Source: Bacteroidota bacterium (GTDB lineage: Bacteria > Bacteroidota > Bacteroidia > J057 > JAJTIE01). From it: a stretch of 64,000 nt of DNA. A model generated the notes under the pieces. That model did not search any database, was not told where the DNA came from, and worked only from the letters and a program-made list of their open reading frames with translations. The stretch covers positions 2,120 to 66,119 of the forward strand of contig JAJTIE010000021.1 of the NCBI GenBank assembly GCA_021300195.1. Direction: 5' to 3'. Positions 1 to 8,911 of the stretch are shown one piece after another. A program made the position numbers and the translations under genes. Position 1 is the stretch's first letter, and each line of letters opens with the position of its first letter.

Positions 1-534
1 GAGCCCACAGTGGGTAGCCTAACACGTGCCCTGGCCGCCTATACCCGCACACTGGTAAGCGCAGATAGCCGGTATGACCAGTACGTACGCAGTGGCAACC
101 AAAGCCACCTGACGGACGCAGAACTGCGTGGCATGGAGCTATTTAACAATGAAAAGGGAGACTGTTTTCACTGCCATGGTACCGACCTCTTTACCAGCAA
201 CGGCTTCCATAATACGGCGATAACCGCTACGATAGGGGACCGTGGCCGGGGACAGATAACCCTAAACGCGCGAGATGATGGCAAATTTAAGGTACCTAGC
301 CTGCGGAATGTGGCCCTGACGGCACCCTATATGCACAATGGCAGCATGGCTACGCTGGAGGAAGTAGTACGCCACTATAACCGAGGGGGGCATGCCGAAA
401 ATCCGAACAAGGACCCCCTAATGCGGCCCCTAAACCTATCGGAACAGGAGATAGTGGACCTGGTTGCCTTTTTGAACGCACTAACGGACGAGGAATTTCT
501 GGAACGCCATCGCCAGGACAATCAACAGCCTTAG
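1..534 (+). CDS. di-haem cytochrome c peroxidase / MauG family, C-terminal part (5' end outside window)
   Basis: Frame 1 is open from the window edge. It carries the haem-binding motif CFHCHG and a PYMHNGS...LEEVVRHYN tail typical of bacterial CCP. Confidence 0.8.
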   Translation, partial: EPTVGSLTRALAAYTRTLVSADSRYDQYVRSGNQSHLTDAELRGMELFNNEKGDCFHCHGTDLFTSNGFHNTAITATIGDRGRGQITLNARDDGKFKVPSLRNVALTAPYMHNGSMATLEEVVRHYNRGGHAENPNKDPLMRPLNLSEQEIVDLVAFLNALTDEEFLERHRQDNQQP

Positions 535-672
535 CCGGTGATACAGCTACAGGCTAGCAAGGAAGCCGCCCTGCTGGCCCGCTTGTATGTTGCTTACGCT
601 GGGAATGCGCATTCCTACGCGCTGACCGGCTTAATAGTAGGTGGTGCCAGGCGGGTAGTACCACGCCTGTAG

Positions 673-1887
673 CTATATCCGTTCAATGATGGTGGCAATG
701 CCCATGCCTGCGCCTATGCACATCACAGCCATACCGGTAGCCTGGCCGCGCAGCTCCAGCTCATCCAGCAGGGTGCCCAGCAGCATGCCGCCCGTGGCCC
801 CCAGCGGGTGGCCCATGGCAATGGCGCCGCCATTCACGTTCACTCTATCCGCATCCACCCCGGTGTGATGCAGAAAGTAAAGCACCACGCTGGCAAAGGC
901 CTCGTTTACCTCTATCAGGTCCACATCCGGCAGCTGCATACCCGCCAGCTTAAGGGCCTTGTGGGCGGCGGGCACGGTGCCTGTCAGCATCAGCAGGGGG
1001 TCGCTGCCCACCACTGCCCAGCTGCGGATGCGCGCCCGAGGCCGGAGTCCATATTGGTTAACGGCATTGGCTCCGGCAATCAATAAAGCCGAGGCCCCGT
1101 CCACAATGCCGCTGCTGTTTCCGGCAGTGTGCAGGTAGTGTATGGGGGCCAGGTCGGGGCGCTGGGCCAGGGCAGCCTTGTCATAGCCGTGCTGCTCGGC
1201 ATATTCGCGAAATACCAGGGGCAGCTGCCCCAGGCTCTCCACGGTGCTTTCCGGGCGGATGATCTGGTCGGTTTCGAGTAGGATCTGTCCGCTTGTATCC
1301 CGTACCGGGATTATGCTCCGGAATCGCCCGTCCCGGGTTGCCCCGGCTGCCCGCTGGTGCGAACGCGCCGCCCAGGCATCGGCCTCGGCGCGCGATAGGC
1401 CCAGCTCGGTAGCAATCAGCTCTGCCGATACACCCTGGGGCAAAAAAGTATGCGAAACGAGCTGCGAGGCCGGGGAGCCGACGTAAAACGCCCCGCCGTC
1501 GGCACCCAGGGGCACGCGGCTCATACTCTCTATACCCCCGGCTATGGCCAGCTGCTGCATGCCGCTCATGATGCCAGCTGCTGCCTGGTGTACGGCTTCG
1601 AGTGCCGATCCACAAAAGCGATTGAGGGTAACGCCTGCCACGGCGCTGGGCCAGCCAGCCTCCAGGGCTACCAGCTTGGCCAGGTCTCCCCCCTGCTCCT
1701 GCACTTGGTCTACGCAGCCCAGCAGTACGTCCTCTACCACAGCGGGATCTAGCTGCGCACGCTGCTGCAGGGCATGCAGCAGCTGCACGCCCAGCTGGTG
1801 GGCAGGTACGTCTCGCAGGGCTCCCTTCTCGCGGTGGCCCCGCCCCCTGGGCGTGCGCACCGCATCTATAATGTAGGCGTTGGGCAT
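673..1887 (-). CDS. acetyl-CoA acetyltransferase (thiolase)
   Basis: 404 aa. N-terminus is MPNAYIIDAVRTPRGR, with NRFCGSALEA (active Cys) and a C-terminal GLGATGG...MCIGAGMG thiolase signature. Confidence 0.9.
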   Translation of the reverse strand: MPNAYIIDAVRTPRGRGHREKGALRDVPAHQLGVQLLHALQQRAQLDPAVVEDVLLGCVDQVQEQGGDLAKLVALEAGWPSAVAGVTLNRFCGSALEAVHQAAAGIMSGMQQLAIAGGIESMSRVPLGADGGAFYVGSPASQLVSHTFLPQGVSAELIATELGLSRAEADAWAARSHQRAAGATRDGRFRSIIPVRDTSGQILLETDQIIRPESTVESLGQLPLVFREYAEQHGYDKAALAQRPDLAPIHYLHTAGNSSGIVDGASALLIAGANAVNQYGLRPRARIRSWAVVGSDPLLMLTGTVPAAHKALKLAGMQLPDVDLIEVNEAFASVVLYFLHHTGVDADRVNVNGGAIAMGHPLGATGGMLLGTLLDELELRGQATGMAVMCIGAGMGIATIIERI

Positions 1888-1928
1888 TTTCGTTGTCTAG
1901 GTTGGGTGCGCTTTACATCAGGTGCCGT

Positions 1929-2651
1929 TTATTCAGCACCTGCCTCTCCCGAGAGCTGATTGCGCAGGCGCTGTAGATCCGCATCATTGGCCACAGCGTT
2001 GCCAGATGCTTCGGCCTCGGCCCGCAGGGCTATCTCGCCCACAGAGAGGTCTAGCAACCAGCGGCCCCCTCCGGGGTTGTAGAAGCTGATGGGGTAGATC
2101 TTTTCTTGTCCATTTTGGGTTATCCGGGCGTGTATCAGGCGTTTAGCACTGTCTTCAATCTTGGTTTCAAACGTAGCGCGGCTCAGGTCGGGCAGCGTGT
2201 AGGCAATTGGTTCGCTGATAACAAACCTTCCGTCCACGGTATCTGCATTCAGGCTTAGTACAAAGCGCTCTACAGCATCGGGGCTGTACACGGGGGCCAG
2301 ATAGGCTTGTATTTTGGCAGGCGTATTGCAGTCGGCCCCCATCACAATGTAGCCCGACTGAGTAAGGGCATCTTTGTATGCGTATCCCCCGTTTCCACCT
2401 TTTAGTATCCAGTCTGTCCGGCTGATTGCAGCAGCCAGTACGGCCCGTGCCGAGTCTGGCGACAGCGGGGCTGCGGGTTTCCCCTTCAGCTGGCTAGCCA
2501 GGTTCTGTATCTCGGCATCGCGAACGCGGGCTATGCTGTCTTGCCTGCGCTGCTCGGCCTCCAGCCGGGCACGGGTAGAGGGGCGGGTGCAGGCAGCAGC
2601 GGCCAGTAGCACCACTACACATACTGTATGGATATATGGGGGACGATACAT
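1929..2651 (-). CDS. hypothetical lipoprotein
   Basis: Start taken at the internal ATG at 2651, giving MYRPPYIHTVCVVVLLAAAAC (lipobox-like). No recognised domain. Confidence 0.5.
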   Translation of the reverse strand: MYRPPYIHTVCVVVLLAAAACTRPSTRARLEAEQRRQDSIARVRDAEIQNLASQLKGKPAAPLSPDSARAVLAAAISRTDWILKGGNGGYAYKDALTQSGYIVMGADCNTPAKIQAYLAPVYSPDAVERFVLSLNADTVDGRFVISEPIAYTLPDLSRATFETKIEDSAKRLIHARITQNGQEKIYPISFYNPGGGRWLLDLSVGEIALRAEAEASGNAVANDADLQRLRNQLSGEAGAE

Positions 2652-2719
2652 GATGATGAGTAGCCGGAAATGACGCAGAACCGCAGCGAAGCGCACAGAA
2701 AAAGCAGGAAAATATAGAC

Positions 2720-2752
2720 AAAAAAAATGCAGGTGCCATTTGACACCTGCAT
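2720..2752 (-). terminator. rho-independent terminator downstream of rplS
   Basis: Perfect 9-bp stem atgcaggtg/cacctgcat with an 8-nt loop. On the minus strand it is followed by a T8 run (A-run 2720-2727 on plus). Confidence 0.6.
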
Positions 2753-2779
2753 AAACCGTTTCTTTTTTGAGTGGGCAGC

Positions 2780-3133
2780 TTATTTGCCAGCAACCAGCTC
2801 CTTGATACGAGAGGATTTGCCAAAGCGCTGACGCTGATAGAAGATGCGTCCGCGGCGAACCTTGCCCAGGCGGGTTACTTCTATTTTCTCCACGTTTGGG
2901 CTGTGTATGGGGATGATGCGCTCAACGCCTACGCCGTTGCTTATTTTGCGAACGGTTACGGTCTCGGTGCTGCCGGTACCCCTGCGCTGTATTACCACGC
3001 CCTCAAACTGCTGAATGCGCTCCTTGTTACCCTCCACTATACGCTGATGTACATTGATGGTATCGCCGGCCCGAAACTGGGGAATCTCGGCATTTACGTA
3101 CTGGGCCTGTACCAGGTTGATCAGATCTTCCAT
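2780..3133 (-). CDS. rplS: 50S ribosomal protein L19
   Basis: [12 protein letters not shown]...[29 protein letters not shown]...[11 protein letters not shown]. Start moved to the ATG at 3133 inside the longer track ORF. Confidence 0.95.
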   Translation of the reverse strand: MEDLINLVQAQYVNAEIPQFRAGDTINVHQRIVEGNKERIQQFEGVVIQRRGTGSTETVTVRKISNGVGVERIIPIHSPNVEKIEVTRLGKVRRGRIFYQRQRFGKSSRIKELVAGK

Positions 3134-3166
3134 TGTCTTTTTCTTTTCGAACCGAAAAATGAGGGG

Positions 3167-3174
3167 CAAATATA
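3167..3174 (-). promoter_or_regulatory. candidate Bacteroidota -7 box (TATATTTG) upstream of rplS
   Basis: Minus-strand TATATTTG matches TAnnTTTG, 34-41 nt upstream of the rplS ATG. Confidence 0.3.
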
Positions 3175-3322
3175 AGGATAAAATCTGCGGATTTTCTTCC
3201 AAGTGGTTCGGGCGCGTGTTTTTTTTGCCTTTCCGTATCTGGGGCTTCCGGGTGCTCGCTCTTTCCTGCCAGCGCGGAACCGGGGGGAGCAGGTAGCTCT
3301 GGCTGCTTTCGGGGTCGTTTAG

Positions 3323-4009
3323 TTACCCTTCTTCCTCTGCCAGCAGGTCGGGCCTTAGTCGCCGGGTTTTGGCCAGGGCCTGGGCGTGCTGCCATTCGGC
3401 AATCTTTTGAAAATGGCCGGAACGTAGTACCTCGGGCACGGCCTGCCCCTCCCACTCGGCAGGGCGTGTATAGAGGGGGGCCTCCAGCAGTCCATCCTGA
3501 AAGCTGTCTTCCAGGGCGCTGCTCTCGTCGCCCAGCACGCCGGGCAGCAGGCGGCCTATGGCATCTATCAGCACCAGGGCGGGCAGCTCACCACCGCTCA
3601 GCACATAGTCGCCCAGGCTGATGTTTCGGGTAACAAACGTATCGCGCACCCGCTGGTCTACCCCCTTGTAGTGGCCGGCCAGTAGCAGCAGGCTCTGCTT
3701 CAGGCTCAGCTGGTTGCACAGGGCTTGTGTCAGGGGTTCTCCGTCGGGGGTCAGGTAGATTACCTCGTCGTAGCTGCGCTGCTGCTGCAGGTGGCGTATG
3801 GCGCGGGCAATAGGCTCTACCATCAGCACCATACCAGCCTGTCCGCCATAGGGGTAGTCATCTATCTGGCGGTGCTTGCCCTCGGCATAGTCCCTTAGGC
3901 CATGCACCCCTACGGTCAGGAGCCCCTTCTGCTGGGCACGCTTCAGGATGCTGTGCTGCAGCGGGCTTTGCACCAGCTCGGGCAGGGCGGTCAGCAGGTC
4001 AATGTGCAT
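3323..4009 (-). CDS. trmD: tRNA (guanine37-N1)-methyltransferase
   Basis: 228 aa. Contains [18 protein letters not shown] and [15 protein letters not shown], which are TrmD motifs. It sits directly upstream of rplS as in the conserved operon. Confidence 0.95.
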   Translation of the reverse strand: MHIDLLTALPELVQSPLQHSILKRAQQKGLLTVGVHGLRDYAEGKHRQIDDYPYGGQAGMVLMVEPIARAIRHLQQQRSYDEVIYLTPDGEPLTQALCNQLSLKQSLLLLAGHYKGVDQRVRDTFVTRNISLGDYVLSGGELPALVLIDAIGRLLPGVLGDESSALEDSFQDGLLEAPLYTRPAEWEGQAVPEVLRSGHFQKIAEWQHAQALAKTRRLRPDLLAEEEG

Positions 4010-4946
4010 CCGTCTGGTTCACAAATTGCTTGCTGTTTATGCCCCGGTAGTAGGCCCCCCGGCCGTCATACACCCGTCTGCGCTCGCTGTGCATACAGGC
4101 GGTGGAGCAGCAGCCCTCGTGCGCCTCGGCACAGCTGTGGCACACCAGCACATGGGTATTGCAGTCTGCGTTGGCACAGTTCAGCATATGCTCGGTGGGG
4201 CTGCCACACAGGCTACAGTGGCCCACTACCGTGGGGTTTACCCGGTTTACGGGCACCACCACCCGGCCATCGAACACGTAGCAGGCGCCCTCAAAGTCTT
4301 CGCCGTCTGCCTCGTGCCCATAGCGCACAATGCCGCCATGCAGCTGGCGTACATCCTTGAAGCCCCGCTTGAGCAGCAGGGCCGATACTTTCTCGCACTT
4401 GATGCCGCCGGTGCAGTAGGTTACGATGGGTCTGTCCTTCAGGTGCTCCAGCTCGTCCAGCTTATCGGGCAGCTCGCGAAAGTTATCGATATCCAGCGTG
4501 AGCGCACCCTTGAAGTGGCCCAGCTCGGTTTCGTACCGGCTGCGCGCATCCAGGATCACCACCTCGCCGGGGTCCTTCAGCAGCTGGCGCATTTCTTCCG
4601 GCTCTATATAGGCACCGCTTTCTTCCCAGGGCTTCAGCTCCTCGGGGGCACTCAGGTTTACAATTTCGTTCTTCAGGCGCACATGCAGCTTGTAGAAGGG
4701 CAGCTCGTGGTGCGCATCTACCTTGAACTCTATACCCCTAAACTGAGGGTGCTGCTGCATGGCCTGCATATAGGCCTGTGTGGCAGCTACCGTACCGGCC
4801 ACCGTGCCATTCAGGCCCTCGTGTGCCACCAGGATGCGGCCCAGCAGGCCCAGCTGGGTGCACAGCTGCTGCTGATCGGCCACAATGGCTGCGGGATCAT
4901 CCAGCGGCGTGAAATAGTAATAGAGCAAAATCTGATACGGATTCAT
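3999..4946 (-). CDS. trhO: rhodanese-domain tRNA uridine(34) hydroxylase (UPF0176/YceA family)
   Basis: Start at the ATG at 4946 gives [12 protein letters not shown]. Has the rhodanese active-site loop YCTGGIKCE and a C-terminal Cys-rich tail. The 111-codon N-terminal extension in the track has no support. Confidence 0.85.
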   Translation of the reverse strand: MNPYQILLYYYFTPLDDPAAIVADQQQLCTQLGLLGRILVAHEGLNGTVAGTVAATQAYMQAMQQHPQFRGIEFKVDAHHELPFYKLHVRLKNEIVNLSAPEELKPWEESGAYIEPEEMRQLLKDPGEVVILDARSRYETELGHFKGALTLDIDNFRELPDKLDELEHLKDRPIVTYCTGGIKCEKVSALLLKRGFKDVRQLHGGIVRYGHEADGEDFEGACYVFDGRVVVPVNRVNPTVVGHCSLCGSPTEHMLNCANADCNTHVLVCHSCAEAHEGCCSTACMHSERRRVYDGRGAYYRGINSKQFVNQTDAH

Positions 4947-5029
4947 GCTGCAAAGATACGATTTAGGCACGTGTGTAGGGGCCCCGGTAGCACATGTGGG
5001 TTGGCATCTCGGGCTTTGTGGCAGGCTGC

Positions 5030-5362
5030 CTAGTGCCCGGTGCGCCCACTCGTGCTCAGCTGTATAGCCAGGATGCCGAGTAAAACCAATACAATGCCCA
5101 GCAGCTGGAGCCGGCTGATGTGCTGCCGTAGCCAGATGGCATCCACCAGCAGGGTAAGGATGATGGCAGCCGCAGACCATACGGCATAGGCCACATTTAC
5201 CTGCATCCGCTGCAGCACCAGCGACAAAAAGTAGTAGGCACCCCCATAGCCCAGTACAATGAACGGGATAAGCCACCAACGCCCGAAACCGTTGGCGTAC
5301 TTGAGGCTATAGGTGCCTATAGTCTCCAGGCATATGGCAAATGCGAGGTGGAGCCACTTCAT
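5030..5362 (-). CDS. small multidrug resistance (SMR) family transporter
   Basis: 110 aa from the ATG at 5362. Four predicted TM helices and a conserved TM1 Glu in AICLETIGT. Confidence 0.8.
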   Translation of the reverse strand: MKWLHLAFAICLETIGTYSLKYANGFGRWWLIPFIVLGYGGAYYFLSLVLQRMQVNVAYAVWSAAAIILTLLVDAIWLRQHISRLQLLGIVLVLLGILAIQLSTSGRTGH

Positions 5363-5554
5363 AGGGATGTTGCATGAGGCTGCCACGGCCTCCCACTTCC
5401 GCCTGGGCAGCCGTACTACAAGGTAATCAAATTTTCGGTAAGCATCGTCTATCAAACGAACCCTACAGGACCTGGCAGGGATAAGCGTGGCACCCGGGTG
5501 CGCATACCCACAGCCCATTGCATGCAAAGCACGCGACCATACAAATATCCCCCC

Positions 5555-7030
5555 CTAGCCCTGCCTATGCCTGGGGGTGGGCAGTAGCCGACGGATCAGG
5601 CCATTCAGCTCCTCGCTAATGTGCAGCCGGTATACCAGGGGCAGGTATATGCCTGCCACTACGGCGCTTTTCCAAAAAAGGTCGGCCAGCCAGTGAAAGG
5701 AAGGCAGCCACCAGGCCACGGCCCCACCCACCAGCACCGCCACCACCAGCCTAAGGTGCGCGGGCACAAAGGGCTGCAGACCGTAGAAGCGGTATAGCCA
5801 GGCCGATTTCAGCAGGTTGGTACACGCCATGCTGAGCAGGGTAGCCAGTGCTGCACCCCGCATGCCCCACAGGGGGATCAGCAGCAGGTTGGCCCCCAGG
5901 GCCAGCAGCAGCAGCAGCAGATTGCTGTACAGCTCATACACATACTTCCTCGATGTATTGAGTAGATAGTGATTTACCCCAAAAAGAATATTTAGCCACA
6001 TGGAGGCGGCCAGAAGGTAAAACACATCGAAAAAAGCCGCATAGGAAGGCTTGAGCAGGTGGCCAGCCAGTGCATCCCGGTTGGCCAGCACCAGCAGCAG
6101 CAGCAGGCTGCACAGGGTGGTGTTTACCAGGCTGCTCTGCACATATATGCGCCTTAGGTAGGGCATATCCATGCGCTGCCAGGCCTGTGCCACCAGTGGG
6201 AGGCCGATCCGGAGAAAAGCCCTGCTGGGTAGGGCGATGGCCGTGGCCATGGCAATAAACAGACTGTAATAGGCCACTTGGGCCTCGCCCACCAGGCTGC
6301 CGATCATGATCTTATCCAGCTCGAACACCAGGATGATGCTGCCTGCAGAGGCAAGGCTATGCAGGCTGTAGCGCAGCAGGCCGCGCCGCTCGCGGGGCCG
6401 TAGCGGGGGGGCTGCAGGCTGCCACAGCAGCAGCCGTGCCCGCCGCCAGATGAAGAACAGCAGCAGCAGGTGCAGCCCCAGATAGGCGTACACAAACATA
6501 TGGAAATGAAGCAACTGCATGGCATACAGCAGCAGCAACAGTGTAATACCCAGGCGCAGGCCCACCTCGCGCAGGAACAGGGGCACACTGGTCTGCAGGT
6601 TGGACTGTAGGATGGCCTCGAGCATACCCACCACAGCCAGCACCATGCCCAGGGCAAGGGCTATGGGGTAATATGCCAGAAACAGGGGCGACCTGGCCTG
6701 CAGCAGGTGGTGGGCCACGGGCCACAGCAGCAGGTAGGCCACGGCCAGCGGCAGCGCCACGCGCAGCAGCGTACGGGCCAGAAAGCGGTAAAGGGCGGCT
6801 AGCCGCCCCTGCCTGCTGAATTTTGGGTAGTAGCGGAGCAGGCCACTGCTCAGCCCGAAGAGGATAACAACACTCAGCAGCATGGCTACGCTATTGGTCA
6901 GCTGTATGTATCCTACCCGCTCATCCTCCATCAGGCGGGGCATCAGGAACATGACATTCAGGATACCCAAGCCCGCCCCGGCATAGGAGAGCAGGGTGTT
7001 TTGGATAGACTGGCGGATAATGATGCCCAT
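5555..7030 (-). CDS. polysaccharide flippase (MOP/Wzx-like)
   Basis: 491 aa, highly hydrophobic with multiple TM segments. N-terminus MGIIIRQSIQNTLLSYAGAGLG is typical of oligosaccharide flippases. Confidence 0.75.
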   Translation of the reverse strand: MGIIIRQSIQNTLLSYAGAGLGILNVMFLMPRLMEDERVGYIQLTNSVAMLLSVVILFGLSSGLLRYYPKFSRQGRLAALYRFLARTLLRVALPLAVAYLLLWPVAHHLLQARSPLFLAYYPIALALGMVLAVVGMLEAILQSNLQTSVPLFLREVGLRLGITLLLLLYAMQLLHFHMFVYAYLGLHLLLLFFIWRRARLLLWQPAAPPLRPRERRGLLRYSLHSLASAGSIILVFELDKIMIGSLVGEAQVAYYSLFIAMATAIALPSRAFLRIGLPLVAQAWQRMDMPYLRRIYVQSSLVNTTLCSLLLLLVLANRDALAGHLLKPSYAAFFDVFYLLAASMWLNILFGVNHYLLNTSRKYVYELYSNLLLLLLALGANLLLIPLWGMRGAALATLLSMACTNLLKSAWLYRFYGLQPFVPAHLRLVVAVLVGGAVAWWLPSFHWLADLFWKSAVVAGIYLPLVYRLHISEELNGLIRRLLPTPRHRQG

Positions 7031-7555
7031 CAGAATGACAGCTCGGTGAGGGCCAGCTCGGTGAAGAATCGGTTGGTATCTACCAGCAGGTTATGGTGCA
7101 GCATGGCATCGTTTGGCAAAGTGAGCTGGCCAGGGCTTCAGTACACAGCACAGGGCGTCTATCCAGCGCTGTAGGGCCTCGGGGCGGTGTTTCCCACCTA
7201 TCCGGAAGGGCTGGAAGAAGTGGCAACGCAGCAGCTCCTGCCTGGCTTCTACAAAACGCACCTGGCGGATGGGCGTAAGCCCTAGCGCACAGTAGCCAAA
7301 CCGGAGGTAAACCCGCAGGCCGACCCAGTCCCAGTCAAAACTGTCAAAATCTATCACATCAGCTAACCGGTGGCTATACTTGCCTGTCTTTTCGTGGTAA
7401 AAGACCGGGCTAGTATTGATCCAGTCATTGACTGCTACTGCCTCCATGTGTGCCAAATTTGTCGCAATATAGGATTTAAGCTGTCTGCGGGGGGGGGGTG
7501 GCAGCGGTATTGCACAAATGAGCAGAAGACTGCGTTGTAAGAGATAACTATTCAT
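7030..7555 (-). pseudogene. decayed or frameshifted hypothetical gene upstream of the flippase
   Basis: The main frame (7091-7555) ends in a random-looking tail. A second frame (7030-7137) ends LVDTNRFFTELALTELSF* with its TGA overlapping the flippase ATG (TGATG). A C10 tract lies inside. Confidence 0.3.
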
Positions 7556-7587
7556 CTGGCTCCTCCGGTCATCAAAAAGACAAGCAC

Positions 7588-8424
7588 ATGCAGGGAATGG
7601 TTTTACTAATCTTGCTCTACTACCTGCTGGCAGCGCGGCTACGGCAGGAGGAGGCCATGCGCACGCGCTATGCCCGGCAGCTCTTTCTGTCGGCCCGCTA
7701 CTACCTGGAGCACAGCCAGTTTCTGCTTGCCATACGCCGATACGACCGACTAATAGCCCTCTACCCAGACAATCCCACCTACTACCTGGAGCGGGGCCTG
7801 GCCTATGTGCGCAGCCAGCAGCCCGAGGCAGCCCTGGCCGACCTGAAACACATAGACGGTAGCCAGATAGAGGACACCAGTTTTCACCAGCTGATGGGGT
7901 TGCTCTTTCTGAAACTGGCGGACTATCCGGCTGCGCGCCTGGCGGCAGACCGAGCGCTACGGGCGGACCCACACAACCCCGAGGCCCTGTTTACCCTGGC
8001 CCTATCGGCCCTGTACAACGGGGATGCCGAAGAGGCAATTGAGCGATTTGCTCAACTGACGGAGGACTATCCGGAGCGGGCCATCTACTGGAACCACCTG
8101 GGTATGGCCCTGTATGCCCACAACCGGGCAGAGGAGTCTCTGGTGGCCTTTAACGAAGGCGTGGAGCGGGCCGACGACCCCGAAGAGCGCAGCACCATCC
8201 TGAGCAACCGGGCAGAGGTGCTACTAACACTGGGGGCAGCCCCACAGGCGCTGGATGATAGTAATCGGGCTATATCGCACAACGAGCGGAACGCAATGGC
8301 ACACTGGCAGCGCAGCAGCCTGCTGCTGATGCAGGGCCGGTGGGCCGAAGCCTTCGCACAGGCCGAAGTGGCCTGCGTGCTGGAATATGAGGCGGACTGG
8401 CTGGCCTATGTGTATCCCAACTAG
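7588..8424 (+). CDS. TPR-repeat protein with N-terminal TM helix
   Basis: 278 aa with repeated A/Y/L TPR-type helices, such as YYLERGLAYVR, ALFTLALSALYNGD and AIYWNHLGMALY. Confidence 0.8.
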   Translation: MQGMVLLILLYYLLAARLRQEEAMRTRYARQLFLSARYYLEHSQFLLAIRRYDRLIALYPDNPTYYLERGLAYVRSQQPEAALADLKHIDGSQIEDTSFHQLMGLLFLKLADYPAARLAADRALRADPHNPEALFTLALSALYNGDAEEAIERFAQLTEDYPERAIYWNHLGMALYAHNRAEESLVAFNEGVERADDPEERSTILSNRAEVLLTLGAAPQALDDSNRAISHNERNAMAHWQRSSLLLMQGRWAEAFAQAEVACVLEYEADWLAYVYPN

Positions 8425-8840
8425 TGGGGTGCCCGGTGGTGCCGGTAGGCATCCCATAGCATAAGGCCAAAGGGAAACCACCAAATAAGGTCATTCGGGA
8501 TCAGTGCATAGCCAAACTGCGGATAGGTCATTCCTACCAGCCAGTGCGCGGCAAAGCCCAGCGGACCCAGCACCTTGCCCAGCAGGCCCACAGCCACCAT
8601 AGGCCAGTGGCGAATATAGTCTGCAGCTGCCCACCAGTAGCCCAGGCCATACACCCCAATGACCATGCCCATACCCTGCCACACCATGGGGTAGTCTATC
8701 TCGGGTATGCCCAGCAGCCTGAAAAACTGCTGTGGAAACAGCCCCACCCACAGGCCCCACAGGATGTTGTACACCGCAGCAATGCGGAGCACGGTGCGCA
8801 GCCAGGGACGTGAGGGGGCAGGTGGGTGGGCGTTTTGCAT
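8421..8840 (-). CDS. hypothetical integral membrane protein
   Basis: Start at the ATG at 8840 (MQNAHPP...). Trp/Gly-rich with four hydrophobic segments. No family recognised. Confidence 0.55.
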   Translation of the reverse strand: MQNAHPPAPSRPWLRTVLRIAAVYNILWGLWVGLFPQQFFRLLGIPEIDYPMVWQGMGMVIGVYGLGYWWAAADYIRHWPMVAVGLLGKVLGPLGFAAHWLVGMTYPQFGYALIPNDLIWWFPFGLMLWDAYRHHRAPH

Positions 8841-8911
8841 GATCCCAAAATAGAGATTCTTTTCTTTCGGCCCGCGCCAGGCACACAATAGCCGCCCACT
8901 AATCTCAGAAG

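Noticed and set aside
3999-5279. The ORF track gives long N-terminal extensions for trhO. It does the same for sucC (18435), upp (12589), the patatin gene (46189), aroC (36733), the E2 gene and others.
   Set aside because: The conserved N-termini begin at internal ATGs (for example [32 protein letters not shown]). The extensions overlap neighbouring genes or promoters and look non-protein-like.
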